A stretch of DNA of 54,835 bases, filler included, from Sphacelaria rigidula (Eukaryota), in assembly GCA_964200075.2 (NCBI GenBank). It is 5 parts of 5 records of this genome, joined end to end, with 100 filler letters (N's around TTAATTAATTAA, not from the genome) between each part and the next. Parts side by side here need not be neighbours in the genome. Positions count along the whole stretch, not along the records: positions 1 to 10,889 come from CAXNAA020005730.1; positions 10,990 to 21,876 come from CAXNAA020005731.1; 3 more parts are not named here. One strand, 5' to 3'. How positions within the stretch are numbered: the stretch's first letter is position 1; each line of letters opens with the position of its first letter. Under the pieces are notes generated by a model. The model saw only the letters and a list, made by a program, of their open reading frames with translations. It was not told the DNA's origin and did no database searches. Of this stretch, positions 1 to 11,129 are shown one piece after another. A program made the position numbers and the translations under genes.

Positions 1-65
1 AGCCATCGTTTTCTCCCTACTGTCTGATGCATCAAACGATTTCATGCCAACTTTGTTCACGTCTC
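1..65 (-). mobile_element. LINE fragment, same family as 32964-33836
   Basis: Reverse complement contains TTTGATGCATCAGACAGTAGGGAGAAAACGATGGCT, matching 33591-33626 (TTTGATGCGTTAGACAGTAGGGAGAAAACGATGGCT). Confidence 0.8.
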
Positions 66-3000
66 GCAGGGGGAGATAGTGCGTTACCATCCCCTGATCG
101 GGGAAATGGCGGATTTCTGGACCCTGCCGCAGAACCCCGTCCTTGCTGCCGGCGAGAAGATGGCGAATCAGCTGTTCTTTCTCCGAAACGTTGAAATTCT
201 TGCGTTTCTGCCCCTGAGAGGCACTCCCAGCAGTGGACATGTCCCACCAGCAGATGGGAAGGCGTTTGACCAGGGCTTCAAAGTTGGGGTGGTGAAAGCG
301 GGCGTCGTCTGCTGCGGTGGAACCCACTTTTTCCGTAACCCTTAAAAAAGACAACGGTTCTGCGCGCTGCGTGCCAGCGCGGCGGAACCAAAAGAAAAAA
401 GCGTTCCGAAAAATAGTTCTGTAGACCCGAGATAGACCGCATTTTGTCCAAACCTTGCTTTTTTTACCGGTCAGAGGGAGTATATGATTTGTCGTTCAAG
501 GTGAAGGGGTGATAGCTCATCGGGTACTTGTAGTCTCAACAGACTGTACAGTACAACAGTACAGTGCAATACTGTAGAGTTCAGTGCTATCAGTCAAGCA
601 GCGCAAGCAGCGTTTCCCCCCTTACCCACCCAGGGAGGAAACAGTATTATTCGCGACGTAGTTGGAACGGGGAAAGTATTATCTGCGCATTCGACCCCAA
701 AAGTCTACTGCACAGGTGTTTCTATAGCTTGCGGTGTAGCGGTGTGTTTCAGGAACGTCCTACGAACGGGGTGGAATCATCTCCAGGTGGTGGTCCAAGT
801 GGTGAAATAATCTCCACTTCGTAGCCTGAAATCCATGGTTGACACATTTTCGAAATAACGCCAACGCAAACCTAAACCCCAACCACGATCAAGTCATACC
901 GAAAACCCTCGGGCACGGGGGGTGCAGAAGGTGTCGAGAGTGACCTAGCAAAATGTGAGTTGGCATACCTCAAATCGGCGCCTGTGGCGCCGGTTTGAAC
1001 AAAATGCGTTCTCCGGACGCGAGGAGCAAGAGAGACTGTTGTCAGTCAATCCAATTAAAGATTCAATCTCGGATGTCGGACTCAAATCAGTACAGTCGTA
1101 TGTCTAAGCCATGGATTTGGAGCTACGAACCGGGGTTGAAAACTACAGCCGTCGTCACCCGTCTCGCCTGTCCTCATTAGTAGTACTGACAGTGGAGTGC
1201 AACACAGTTCAGAAAAATGGACCAGCGCTTGTCACGCATAAGCCATGTGGCGCACAATTATCATCTTCAAGTGCATCTTACGATCGTGGGTGTGCCATAG
1301 TAGGATGGTTGGCTCAGCTCGTATGTCGTGTGATCAGACGCACGGTGTAAAAAAACAGAAGAATACATTCGTGAAAACCGGGGCGACCGTATTTATTATT
1401 AATACTTCGGTGGGGCGATGACGAACTCCTTCACGACTTCGCCCACAACGATACATGCTTACAACAGTAGTCGACCATCTGAGGATCACTGCATATTGAC
1501 ATCTGAGTCTGAGACTCATTTTTCAACTGAACATGATGCCGATTCAGCAGATGGACACCCCCGGGCGTTTAAGGGGTCAACTGTTTCGTGCCACAGGCAT
1601 CTCCAACTTAGGCCGTGTCTTACATAAAAAAATCGACCCGAAAACATGCGGTCGATTCGAACTGGTCGTTACGAGGCCGAATCAGATACGTCCACGGCAT
1701 TTATGTTCCTAGATGGCTTCGAGTCCATTTTATAAATAGTTGCGCGCGACGGGCAGGGTCGAAAACAGAAAAGCTTATCTTTTTCGAGCGAAACGAGCGG
1801 CGGAATGAACGTAGCGGCACGTAACTCCCATGTTGCAGACAACCGTGCCAGATACTACCCTTTCACAGAGGTACGCAAAACCCAAATGGTTCATTCCTGC
1901 GGCACAGATCACGAACTGAGCGCAGGCATACATACACTGCAGTGAGCGATAGAAACCGACATCACTACTGTTTTGGCATGATGCATTTCTTCTTGTTGGC
2001 GAAAACTCAGGCATCTAATTTTGTGGCAGGTCCACCGACGGAGTTGCGTGTCGGGGTGGGCGATCGAATTGCCAACGCGCTCATGGACAGTAGAGGCGGT
2101 GAAAAACTGCACATGGTTCAAATCTGCTTCGCATCCTCCTGTGTGCAGAGAGTCAGAAAGTTGTGCTGTCTGTCAAATCTGCTGTATGTCGCGTTGCCCG
2201 CTTCTTTTCCACCTCGCGGCTGCAAGCTGCGCGAAACACACACCACGTGGACAACAGTACAGTACAGGCCGCCACTTTTGTACAGTCTGTACTGACTCCT
2301 TTGTTCTGGTCGATTTACTAATATAAGTAGAGGAGTACCGCTTCACGAATTTCGCTTCGCTTTTTCGATTCAAAGCGTGCAAATTCGCTTGGACACAAAC
2401 ACAGGAAATCGAAGTGAGTCAATTCCGCCGCACGAACTCGTTCGAATCGGGAAAAAGTTGGTGAGACACCGCCTTATTCCTTTTTCGCCAATAATCCGGG
2501 AAACATGCGCCTATACACAGAATTCAAGATGGAAACGCATGTCAGGGCGCACAAAGCCGTAAGGAGGTGGATTCCGTGTCGCACAATGAATAACGTAGGG
2601 TACCAACTGCACAGGGCACTACAGGACAGTGGTCGGTGCAGCAGTACAAGCTGCTGGGGATAGGACTTGAAAAAATCCGAGCCATCGCAGAATCAAGAGC
2701 TCTGGGATATGTGATATCTGGATGTGAAACGGAGGTTCGTTTCAACAAGTATCCGAAGTCGCACGCACACAGCAACCATGACATGCCTCTCCAAAAATCT
2801 AATAGATGGTCTGCTGCGTAGTACGAGTATGGATTTTTTCCACTTTACTTGAAATACGCCAGGTTGTCGGGGCAGGTGTAAAGTGATTTTGTAATGTGCT
2901 GTCTACTACTGTCTGTCCGTTGTATTCGTGTTGACCGCCCTGTCCTTGAGGATCGTCTTCTCAACCAAACAGAGCACTGCATGTAGAACCGACCGTATTC

Positions 3001-3285
3001 TGGATTGGAACACGCCCCCATGAGAGACGCACGAACCTCACAAGACCCATCAACAGGGACAACAAATTCGAGTAAGGCGATTGTCTGTACTGTGCTGTGC
3101 TACAATGTAGACAAGCTCCTCCAACAAGCACTGCGCATCTGCTTCCCAGTCAACACCGTACCATCTGTGCTGCGTGCAACGGGTACCGTCCTGCTTCGCG
3201 ATGTGCGCACCACTTCCCACACAAAAACAACGAAAAACTTGTACTGTACGAGAAAGTTCACAATACTTACAGAGCGTGAACTTAC

Positions 3286-3367
3286 CAAGTTCCGTGGATT
3301 GAGTCGTACTGGAGCAGGTAGCCCGCCGTCTCCGCGCCTCCCACAATCTCATTCACAAGGACGATCT
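3286..3367 (-). CDS. GAPDH: Glyceraldehyde-3-phosphate dehydrogenase, exon 2
   Basis: CAG acceptor at 3370-3368 with an ACTGAC branch-like motif upstream. The phase-1 join gives (E)IVLVNEIVGGAETAGYLLQYDSIHGT(W), then donor GTAAGT at 3285. Phases are consistent with exon 1; intron is 446 nt. Confidence 0.93.
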
Positions 3368-3813
3368 CTGCTCAGCCAGCGAGGCACGTGTCAGTTGCGC
3401 CGAGCAGCATTGGTGGGGTGACGGTACTCTCCTGTCTGAGCGGAGTATTATAAGTAATCTCTGTACTATATATACTGTTTGTACTATACTGCGTACACAT
3501 GTTGCGATCGCAAGTGGTCACGAAACCGAAACGGTGCTGAACTGAACTGGATTGGACTACTGTGCTAACCACCGAACACCGAAGATTGCAAAGTGAGAAA
3601 TACACAAGGTTGCAGATGCATGAAAGGGCTGGACTGGTGCCTTCGAGCCTCCAGTCAGTTGGGTTGGTTGCGGTAAAAACCTTCGGTAATGTTGAGAGGG
3701 AAGGTTTCGGCACGCCACCTACAGCAGATTCGCTTGGGTTTAGTATCCAGGATTTGTAAGTAGCGGAGATCAGGAGATTGTTTCTGGTACATCATCGAAA
3801 ACATGACACTTAC

Positions 3814-3892
3814 CAACGTCCGGCATCTCCCACAGAAACCGGAACAGGCATCGCCCTATCCGCCCAAAGCCGTTGATCGCGACCTTCACCAT
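3814..3892 (-). CDS. GAPDH: Glyceraldehyde-3-phosphate dehydrogenase, exon 1 (Gap3/ArsJ-associated-like)
   Basis: Minus strand reads ATG(3892) MVKVAINGFGRIGRCLFRFLWEMPDV plus G, then donor GTAAGT at 3813. INGFGRIGR is the GAPDH Rossmann-fold signature. Too short for the ORF track. Confidence 0.95.
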
Positions 3893-5465
3893 GCTTCTTC
3901 GCAGCTGTGCTATAGGGCCGAAAAAGGACGGTTAATCAAAAGCTGTTGTGATGGACTGATTGTTATAATACCGTCTGTATCGTGCCTGTCCTGAAAGGTC
4001 GTGTGCGAACCTTTATCTGAACCAGTATTCACATGGTTTTGCCGAACATTTGAACTGTGGTCATTCCAATCATCTTGATTTTAGACTGTGGTCGAATTTG
4101 CCCGCTGTGACCCTCTTTACTTGGTTTTAAACTACCCCGGCACCCGATATCCAACTAGGGTCCCGTTTTCTTGTCATTTTCTACGGATCTAAAATAAGAT
4201 CTTGGGAGCTGCTGGTTATTGCAGCTGGTTGGAATAAAATGAAGAACGTTTTCACAATGATGATCGCATTAAGTCCATGACAAATGACAATCAACTGAGT
4301 GCGGTCGGTATATCCTTGTTGTACTTGCCCATCCATGAACGCGATGGTTTGCACCCGGTTGACTTCTGGTGATTTGGTCGACCACACGAGCAAGCATTCG
4401 TGCGAGTGACGTTGTTCATCTTTGCGTACAAGGTCAAGGTTTGGCAGGACGCAATTTCATCTGTTATAATGTACAACCCTGCACCCCGGGTCATGATACT
4501 CCTAGTCGCTACAAGCAAAAGTACTTGTGCTACTGTGGCGATATAGTATGTGATTCGGCCTCTTGGCAACCTTTGATGGAATGCGTGCCGTATGATCGGA
4601 GACGGCACACGACAGGAGGTACCAGCAATGCCAGATATGTGTGGATCCCTTTCATGTCGTCACAAAATCCTGATTGTGTGGGCAAGGATATAGATGGCTC
4701 TTTGCATTTGCTGCTACCTGAAAATTCACGCAGTACTAGTAGTGATGATGTGGGTTGTGCACCACCCATCTGCACATCATATTCATGTCTCCGCCTTGCG
4801 TACGCCCAGCTGCTGCGTACTGTCGACGATAAATACTCCGAGTCACGACATGTTGTACTTCTATAAAATCTGATACGGTCTGCCATCTACCATCAATGAA
4901 ACGTGCTAAAAGTATATTCTACGGCCACTATTCCGTTATGTTTCTATCGAATTTGAGCGTTTACCTCGGCTTTGCGCGCGAACGCACTCATGATGATTCA
5001 GTAACAAACGCGCCGAACGTCGAAACTGGGCGAAAAATGATTAATGCAAATGCGCGCTTGCTTTTCCTGCTCTTCATACCGAACAAGGGATAAGTCGGCA
5101 GCATATAATATTGTAGGTCCAATTTTTTCACTGTCGGCTACACAACGAATTACTATCCAGATACCTAAACGCCAAAGCAATATAATTCGAAAGCTTGTAG
5201 AACAAACTGGATATATATGCTGAGACGAGATGATCGTCTACCCTCACACGCGAGACACTCCCGCCGACTGGAAACATTCACAAGGCATCCGCGGTACTCT
5301 TTCGCTCCCTTTCTGACGTCTGCACACGAGATACCGCTAAAATATTAACTGCAACGTGCAAACACTGTTGTAGAAACGCCGGACTTCGCGGGTGATTCTG
5401 CTTGCCCGCTCTCTCCGCTCTTCGTTTGAGGGCGCTGGGGCGGCCACTGGTGCAGCAGCAGCCGT

Positions 5466-5549
5466 CCGTAGCAGATATAGATACAAACGGTTCGGCAGAA
5501 ACGTCGACCGTAGCAGACACAGATACAGACGGTTTGGCAAAAACGTCGA
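5466..5549 (+). repeat. 42-bp tandem duplication (2 copies)
   Basis: CCGTAGCAGATATAGATACAAACGGTTCGGCAGAAACGTCGA followed by CCGTAGCAGACACAGATACAGACGGTTTGGCAAAAACGTCGA. Confidence 0.85.
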
Positions 5550-5739
5550 CCGCAGACTCTGCGCTACCGCCTTCCACAAAGCCGAAAGTCTAAAGGCGGC
5601 TCATGTTGCAGACCGGTGTGGTTCGCAGCAAGTGGCAGTGTGGCGTGTGGAATGTAGTGGGTGGCGGGGTGGTGGGCAGTGGGGCCATGGGCGGTGGCAC
5701 GATATGCTGTCTACCCCCCCCGTAAAATAAATAAATAAA

Positions 5740-5885
5740 TATATCGACCACATCAATGTCCGATATTGATATTGACTTTGATACGTATCGACAAGTATTG
5801 GCTTGGGAAGCGGCGATACCGATACGCCGTATCGACCGATATTATCGAAATCCTATCGAGTATCGATATCCGATTTTCAACACTG
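5740..5885. mobile_element. Terminus of an hAT-like DNA transposon (one end only)
   Basis: Dense ATCGA/CGATA subterminal repeats ending in CAACACTG (CAGTGTTG terminus). Partner end and TSD not found. Confidence 0.5.
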
Positions 5886-6161
5886 TTTTGAGGTTGTTGA
5901 CGTTTGAAACGGTATTCAGCCATCACGGCAATGCACGGTAAAATTTGGATGATAACCGTCACTCTGGTGCTCGTCGGTGGAGGAACCAGCCACTGTGTGG
6001 AGATTATCTTTGAAAACGAACAGACTGTATCCATCAGGGTTAAGGTTAGATCACTCGTCAGGAGAAGGGCGACGTGTGATATATTGTGTGATATGTTATA
6101 CGTCACGCTTTCGCTGCCAAACTTCGTCATTCACCCCTTTGGACCGATTTAACGGGTTTAA

Positions 6162-6259
6162 CCCTTAGACCGCGAGATTATTCTTTCTGGATCATGCATA
6201 CCTTTTTTCACTTGAATTTGATGCCGATTCAACAGAGGAATAACCTCGCGGTCTAAGGG
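6162..6259. mobile_element. 98-bp piggyBac-type MITE
   Basis: TTAA|CCCTTAGACCGCGAG...CTCGCGGTCTAAGGG|TTAA: 15-bp perfect TIR with TTAA TSD. Second copy at 47480-47577. Confidence 0.9.
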
Positions 6260-6944
6260 TTAAACCATTTTGGGGTGAACCGGTCTGACCGCAAAAAGCA
6301 CTCCGTTTTTTCAGAAACGGAACATGTAAACCCCCGACGAGGGATTCCAAGAACCGACTATAACCCGTTCATTTTTCAGAGGTGCACACCTCTGTCCATG
6401 AAGCATGCCAGAGGGATTTGAATGCTTCAAACCGTGCGTCTGAGTCCGACTAGCGTTTGCCAACAAAGCCCCGGTACGAGGCGTTAGGAGATGAATGAGA
6501 AACAGGCATTTCCATCGTCCCGTTGGTATGCATAACATGTCATGTCCTAAACTGCACCGACGATCATCTGATTTGTACGTCATGTCTGCTAGATGCTGTA
6601 CTACTGTAATACGATACTAGGAGCTGGGCCAGCCAAGACATTCCTTCGGCACACGACTACTTCAAACTTCCTCAGTTTCCTGGATCAGCACGATGGAAGT
6701 ATATCGCTGTGAACTGCTGACCAACCCGCTGATGCACGCTCTGGCGCGAAAATATTGTAATAAATATGATCATATACTCAATAAAAAATGACCTCAACGA
6801 CAGAATCAGGTTCAGGGCAATCCGTGCTCTACTGCTCGGTGTGTTGGCCGTGGTGCATGGAAAACAAAAAACGCTCATTGTCGGAAGGTCAAGCTGCAGC
6901 ACAGTACCTCCTCATAACGGGGGCCATCTTCGACGTCGATCCTC

Positions 6945-7287
6945 GACACTCTCTACGATAGCCCCCCCAGAAAAAAGTGGCTGGTTTGGGGAGGCAGAAT
7001 TTACACGTGAATCGAAATGGGAAAAGTCTAACAGTGAGCAGCTGGGAATTCCCAAGCTTGGGTTCGTTGTCGCCAATGTCGCCCTCAAGAGGCGCTTCAT
7101 GCAGCCTGAACCAAACATCAGGTGCTGCACGATCATTTTCATCATGGCAGTTTTGGGCTGGTTTTGGGGGCGGGGGGCGTACTCATATGTTGCTTGCCTT
7201 AGTCATTTGACCATTGACCACGCATCCCTTTCGAGACGGAGCACGGTTTCACGGTTTGGGGGGGGGAGGGGTATCGTAAAAATTATC
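6945..7287. mobile_element. MITE with GACACT(T/C)..TACGATAGCCCC-type TIRs, interrupted by a LINE 3' fragment
   Basis: Left end GACACTCTCTACGATAGCCCCCCC; right end GGGGTATCGTAAAAATTATC. Left half matches 10999-11127 in inverted orientation. Flanks CCTC/CTTC may be a 4-bp TSD. Confidence 0.6.
7170..7252 (-). mobile_element. 5'-truncated LINE 3' end
   Basis: Reverse complement matches 33760-33836 (GTGCTCCGTCTCGA.AGGGATGC.TGGTCAATGGTCAAA.GACTAAGGCAA.CAACA.ATGAGTACGCCCCCC). Confidence 0.85.
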
Positions 7288-8781
7288 CTTCCTTTTTACT
7301 TCAACCTACCACGCCGCTAGAGTTCCGGTAAAGGCGGCACAGTTTGGAGGACAAAGGACTGCCAATTTCGAGCTGATAAAACAAACGCGAGGACGTCGGA
7401 GCTTCACACTCATCGTAGCATTCCCTGTACACTTCGCTCCTGATGGATATGATGTTAACCACACGTGGCTCAGGTGGCAGAAGCATACTGCACCTTGAAT
7501 CATGCGATCATCAGCCGTCCGCGAAGAAAAGTACTTTATACCGTACTGTACTACCAATCGGGTCTGTCGCTTTCACCCATGGAAGAAAAAATACGTCGTT
7601 CCACCTAAACACGTGGGTACCGTCCTCTGCTATTGATTAATCCGTACAATTCGTACAAAAATGCACCCAAGTCACCATAGTATCTTCCCCACGTGCACCC
7701 AACACATGTAATACATGTGACAACGCGTCCACTTTGTGATTCTACATGCACACACAGGCGATGTTGATATGGTGAAGTTGGATAGCCATGACAACCAACT
7801 CTCTTCGGTTTCACTCAGTGTTCTCATAATGGTAAGTACGACCAACTACAATCGCCATCAAACTGTCTAACACACAACGCACCATCAAACACACCAACAA
7901 CTGTCCGATTCGACACAACAACACCACGTACCATCACTGTAATCTGACAGCATAAAAAGGAAGCAAACGAAATTACCCTGAAAAGAGTAGGCAAAATACA
8001 CATCAATGCAATCACGTTTTTTACAAATATTCAACTGCTTGTTACTGCAAATGCTGCTGCTGCTGCTGCTTCCCTCCGTGTTTGAATAAATCGCTGGTAT
8101 GCTAGGCCCGGTTTCGCTAATCAACACCCCAACCTAACAAAGCAGCGCAAGCACTGCACCCACCGAATGCATTTCCTCCGCTCTTGTCCACCCCGCAAAC
8201 ACCCGTACAGCAGTCACCATTACGACGCCTGGCCTCCGAAGCGCTTGCTGCACTCAGAAGGACTGTACAGCAGCGGGTGCCACGTAAAACATCATCGTGC
8301 CGCGCCGTACTGAAATACGTTTCGGGTCCAACTCTCTCAAATAACGGATACACTGGCGGTAGACGGGTGTGTCAATGAACTAGCCGTCGATGCATGCACT
8401 CTCGCAACGAGTCAACTTCCATCACGATTCGCAAGCAAATCACAGCAACAATCAAGGTACTGTACGAAGAAGATGGTGTAACCGTAAAAGCCAAAGCCAG
8501 CGGCACCGATGTACGTACAGTATTGGACACAAACTCCGGGTCGGATTCCACCTCACCACAGTCGCATTTCAATGTTTCGCAATAATTCCCGCTCTTAATC
8601 ACAGCCCTTTGCGTCTTCCACACATCCGAATCCCACGAATAATACGGTCATCTCCCGAACAGTGAAACGTCAACCTAGTCAAAACGCTGAAACTGAAACC
8701 GTTCAGCTACAATCAAAAACAAGCCGTCGCACACCCACAATACCCCAAACCACCGTCTATCCGAAAAAGTACGTCAGTTAT

Positions 8782-10644
8782 CTATCGCCGATGGTTGTGA
8801 TTCGTTTTGCTGTCACCCGCCGTCGACGCCGCCGCCGCCGATACCCTGTTACTCTTGCGCAGCGCAGACGCCAGCCCGGATGCCGCATCGATCATCGCCT
8901 GACGAGGGGGAACCCACGGCAGACGTCCCGAGCCCACACTCGTACGAGGGACGGCACCGGCGGTAGTTACGCCTCCTCTCCGGCTAAGGGTGGCAGAGCC
9001 GACAGAGCCGGCACACGGCACACGGTGCTCCTCGGAGGTTGCCCTGCTGGTGCTACCGTTCGCAGCGGTCTCCGTCGCTGTCGTGGTAGTGGGGGACGCA
9101 CCGGCGCCCATCACCGTTGTTCTCGTTTTTTTGGTCATGACACTTACATCTGCGCTTTTTTTGGTCGTCACGCTGCGGCGACTACTGGAGGGCGAACGGT
9201 GTTGGGAAGGATGGCGGTGTAACGAATTGCCAGCATCGTTAGAGGCACCACCTACACCTACGCCCGGCAGTCGGTGCGGCGGCGTCACAGCTCTCAAACT
9301 CGCCAGCAACTCCCCCTCGTCGCGAAGCGCAGGGGTGTTAGACGACGCCGAGGCATCAGAGTCTTGTAAACGGGCCAAGTCTGCTGCGGCGTTGCTGATA
9401 CTGCTGTTGTGGATGCGCTCCTGCCCGTTGTCGGCTACCTTGGCAAAACCCTCGGAACCACCCACCTGCAGGTGCGGCGGCGGTGGCGGTGTCGAGAGCT
9501 CCGAAGGCCGAGCCCCCGGTTGATCAGACCAGGCGCCGACAACTCCACCACGAGGTGAACCGTTACCATTCACGCCGCTGCCACTTCCGCTGCCGTAGGA
9601 GCGATAAGGTGAGCGGGTGGCACTGCTCCCGCCGTCGCCGCCACCACGGCCACCCCCGTCGTTGAGCTGCTGTCGGCGGTCGTAGTAGCGCGCGCCATCT
9701 CCTCTTACACTGCTTGAGAACCCCGGCAGTCGCGGAATGCCCCTCGTCTCCCCGCTGTGATGGGCCATCGCCTCTAGTGGTGTCATCATCTTTCCCCGCA
9801 GGGACGACGGCGACATGGGCGACACCGCCGCCTTGCGGTTCATCCCCGCGCGCGGCGACGTTGGCTGTCCACTGATCGCGCTCCCGTCGAACGACGACAT
9901 ACCCGAAGTCTGCGTTCGATGGCGTTGGAACGGGTGGCTGTGAGCACTACCAGGCGTCACTGCCGCCGCGCCGGTACCTCGCACGCCAGCATCAGCTCCG
10001 ATGCCAGCTCGGTCATGTGTTCCTACCCCGTGAACCCTAGCGCCATTTTGCGGGGAAGCTGACGGTGCCGCCTCTGGCGTGTGTGTATTTTGAGAGTCCG
10101 GTGACGTATTTCGGAAGTTCGATGACGTGTTTCGGGAGGTCGCGAGACCGACCAGAGCGCGCAGAGCCTCCTCCTGCTCCATGTCGAAGCCCCCGCCAGG
10201 CGAATTCGGAGCAGAAGGAGAAGGCGCGGGTAGATCTGACAGAGGGCTGTCGTCGCCATCGCCGTTCCGAGTGCGCTCCAGCTGGCACTGCGCCCACATC
10301 TTGCGAGCACGCCTGTAGGCCCGCTGTTCGGGTGTCATAGCTCCCGAGTCCGCCGCGAAAACTAAACTATTTTCCGCCCCCGTTGCCTCCTTTGTCCAGT
10401 CCGGAATGTTCCCTGCGATATCGTCAACCCCGCTCACCTCCGCCGATGGCCTCATCACTCCCGACCCTCCCCCGCCCGTCCGCACGCCAACCTTCCCTGC
10501 CACGGCGGATGGGTACGTCTTCCGCCTGAAACTGACAGGGTCTGACTGCGGGCGATTTCGATTCCGTTCGGCAGTCCGCTCTTCCCTCGTCGTCGAACGC
10601 TTACCAGGCAACCCTCCACCGTCACCGTAGTACACGAAGTCAGA
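8782..10644 (-). CDS. Large terminal exon of an unknown low-complexity (G/S/A/R/P-rich) protein
   Basis: About 620 uninterrupted GC-rich codons. C/T-rich tract and TTAG acceptor at 10646-10645, in frame with the ORF; TAG stop at 8782. Upstream exons lie beyond the contig end. No domain recognised. Confidence 0.75.
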   Translation of the reverse strand, partial: SDFVYYGDGGGLPGKRSTTREERTAERNRNRPQSDPVSFRRKTYPSAVAGKVGVRTGGGGSGVMRPSAEVSGVDDIAGNIPDWTKEATGAENSLVFAADSGAMTPEQRAYRRARKMWAQCQLERTRNGDGDDSPLSDLPAPSPSAPNSPGGGFDMEQEEALRALVGLATSRNTSSNFRNTSPDSQNTHTPEAAPSASPQNGARVHGVGTHDRAGIGADAGVRGTGAAAVTPGSAHSHPFQRHRTQTSGMSSFDGSAISGQPTSPRAGMNRKAAVSPMSPSSLRGKMMTPLEAMAHHSGETRGIPRLPGFSSSVRGDGARYYDRRQQLNDGGGRGGGDGGSSATRSPYRSYGSGSGSGVNGNGSPRGGVVGAWSDQPGARPSELSTPPPPPHLQVGGSEGFAKVADNGQERIHNSSISNAAADLARLQDSDASASSNTPALRDEGELLASLRAVTPPHRLPGVGVGGASNDAGNSLHRHPSQHRSPSSSRRSVTTKKSADVSVMTKKTRTTVMGAGASPTTTTATETAANGSTSRATSEEHRVPCAGSVGSATLSRRGGVTTAGAVPRTSVGSGRLPWVPPRQAMIDAASGLASALRKSNRVSAAAASTAGDSKTNHNHRR

Positions 10645-10889
10645 CTAATGTCGAAACAGGGATGAGCAAGGAGGGGGTGGGGGTGGGGGTGGGGTGCTAT
10701 GACAAGCGAGCAGGTGCGCGAGAGCACGTTGACCACCAAAGGGTCGAGATACGTGGTAAGTGCACGGAGGCATGAAGAGCAAAAGCCCATGGACCCCACC
10801 CCCCCCCCCCCCCCCCCCCCCCGCCCACCCAGAACAAAGGACACGAGAAAGAAAACGAGACGGGAGCGAACACGAACCCACAGCCGAGA

Positions 10890-10989
10890 NNNNNNNNNNN
10901 NNNNNNNNNNNNNNNNNNNNNNNNNNNNNNNNNTTAATTAATTAANNNNNNNNNNNNNNNNNNNNNNNNNNNNNNNNNNNNNNNNNNNN
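10890..10989. other. Artificial contig linker
   Basis: N run, TTAATTAATTAA (stops in all six frames), N run; 100 bp total. Confidence 0.98.
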
Positions 10990-10998
10990 CCGATCTGC

Positions 10999-11127
10999 TA
11001 GAACGAACCCAAACGTGGGAAATCCCAGCTGCTCGTTGTGCTGGGCTTTTCCCATCTCGTTTTACGTGAAGGTTTTGCCTCCCAAAACCATGAACTTTGG
11101 GGGGGGGGGGCTATCGTAAAAAGTGTC
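10999..11127. mobile_element. Partial copy of the 6945-7287 MITE, truncated at the contig start
   Basis: Inverted match to 6945-7075; ends GGGGCTATCGTAAAAAGTGTC. Confidence 0.7.
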
Positions 11128-11129
11128 AG

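Noticed and set aside
3050-3352. ORF-track ORFs overlapping the GAPDH exons
   Set aside because: Wrong-frame read-throughs; the spliced GAPDH frame explains the region.
5280-5400. HKASAV...ATCKHCC, resembling a BED zinc finger
   Set aside because: Lacks the conserved Trp and His residues and is interrupted by a stop; too weak to call.
4300-8700. Search for an arsJ-like MFS or PGK exon next to the GAPDH
   Set aside because: No recognisable motif found by eye; short exons could have been missed.
8662-9523. Plus-strand ORFs of 186 and 177 aa
   Set aside because: Antisense shadows of the GC-rich minus-strand exon.
10934-10945. TTAATTAATTAA palindrome recurring about every 11 kb
   Set aside because: Artificial six-frame-stop linker inside N padding.
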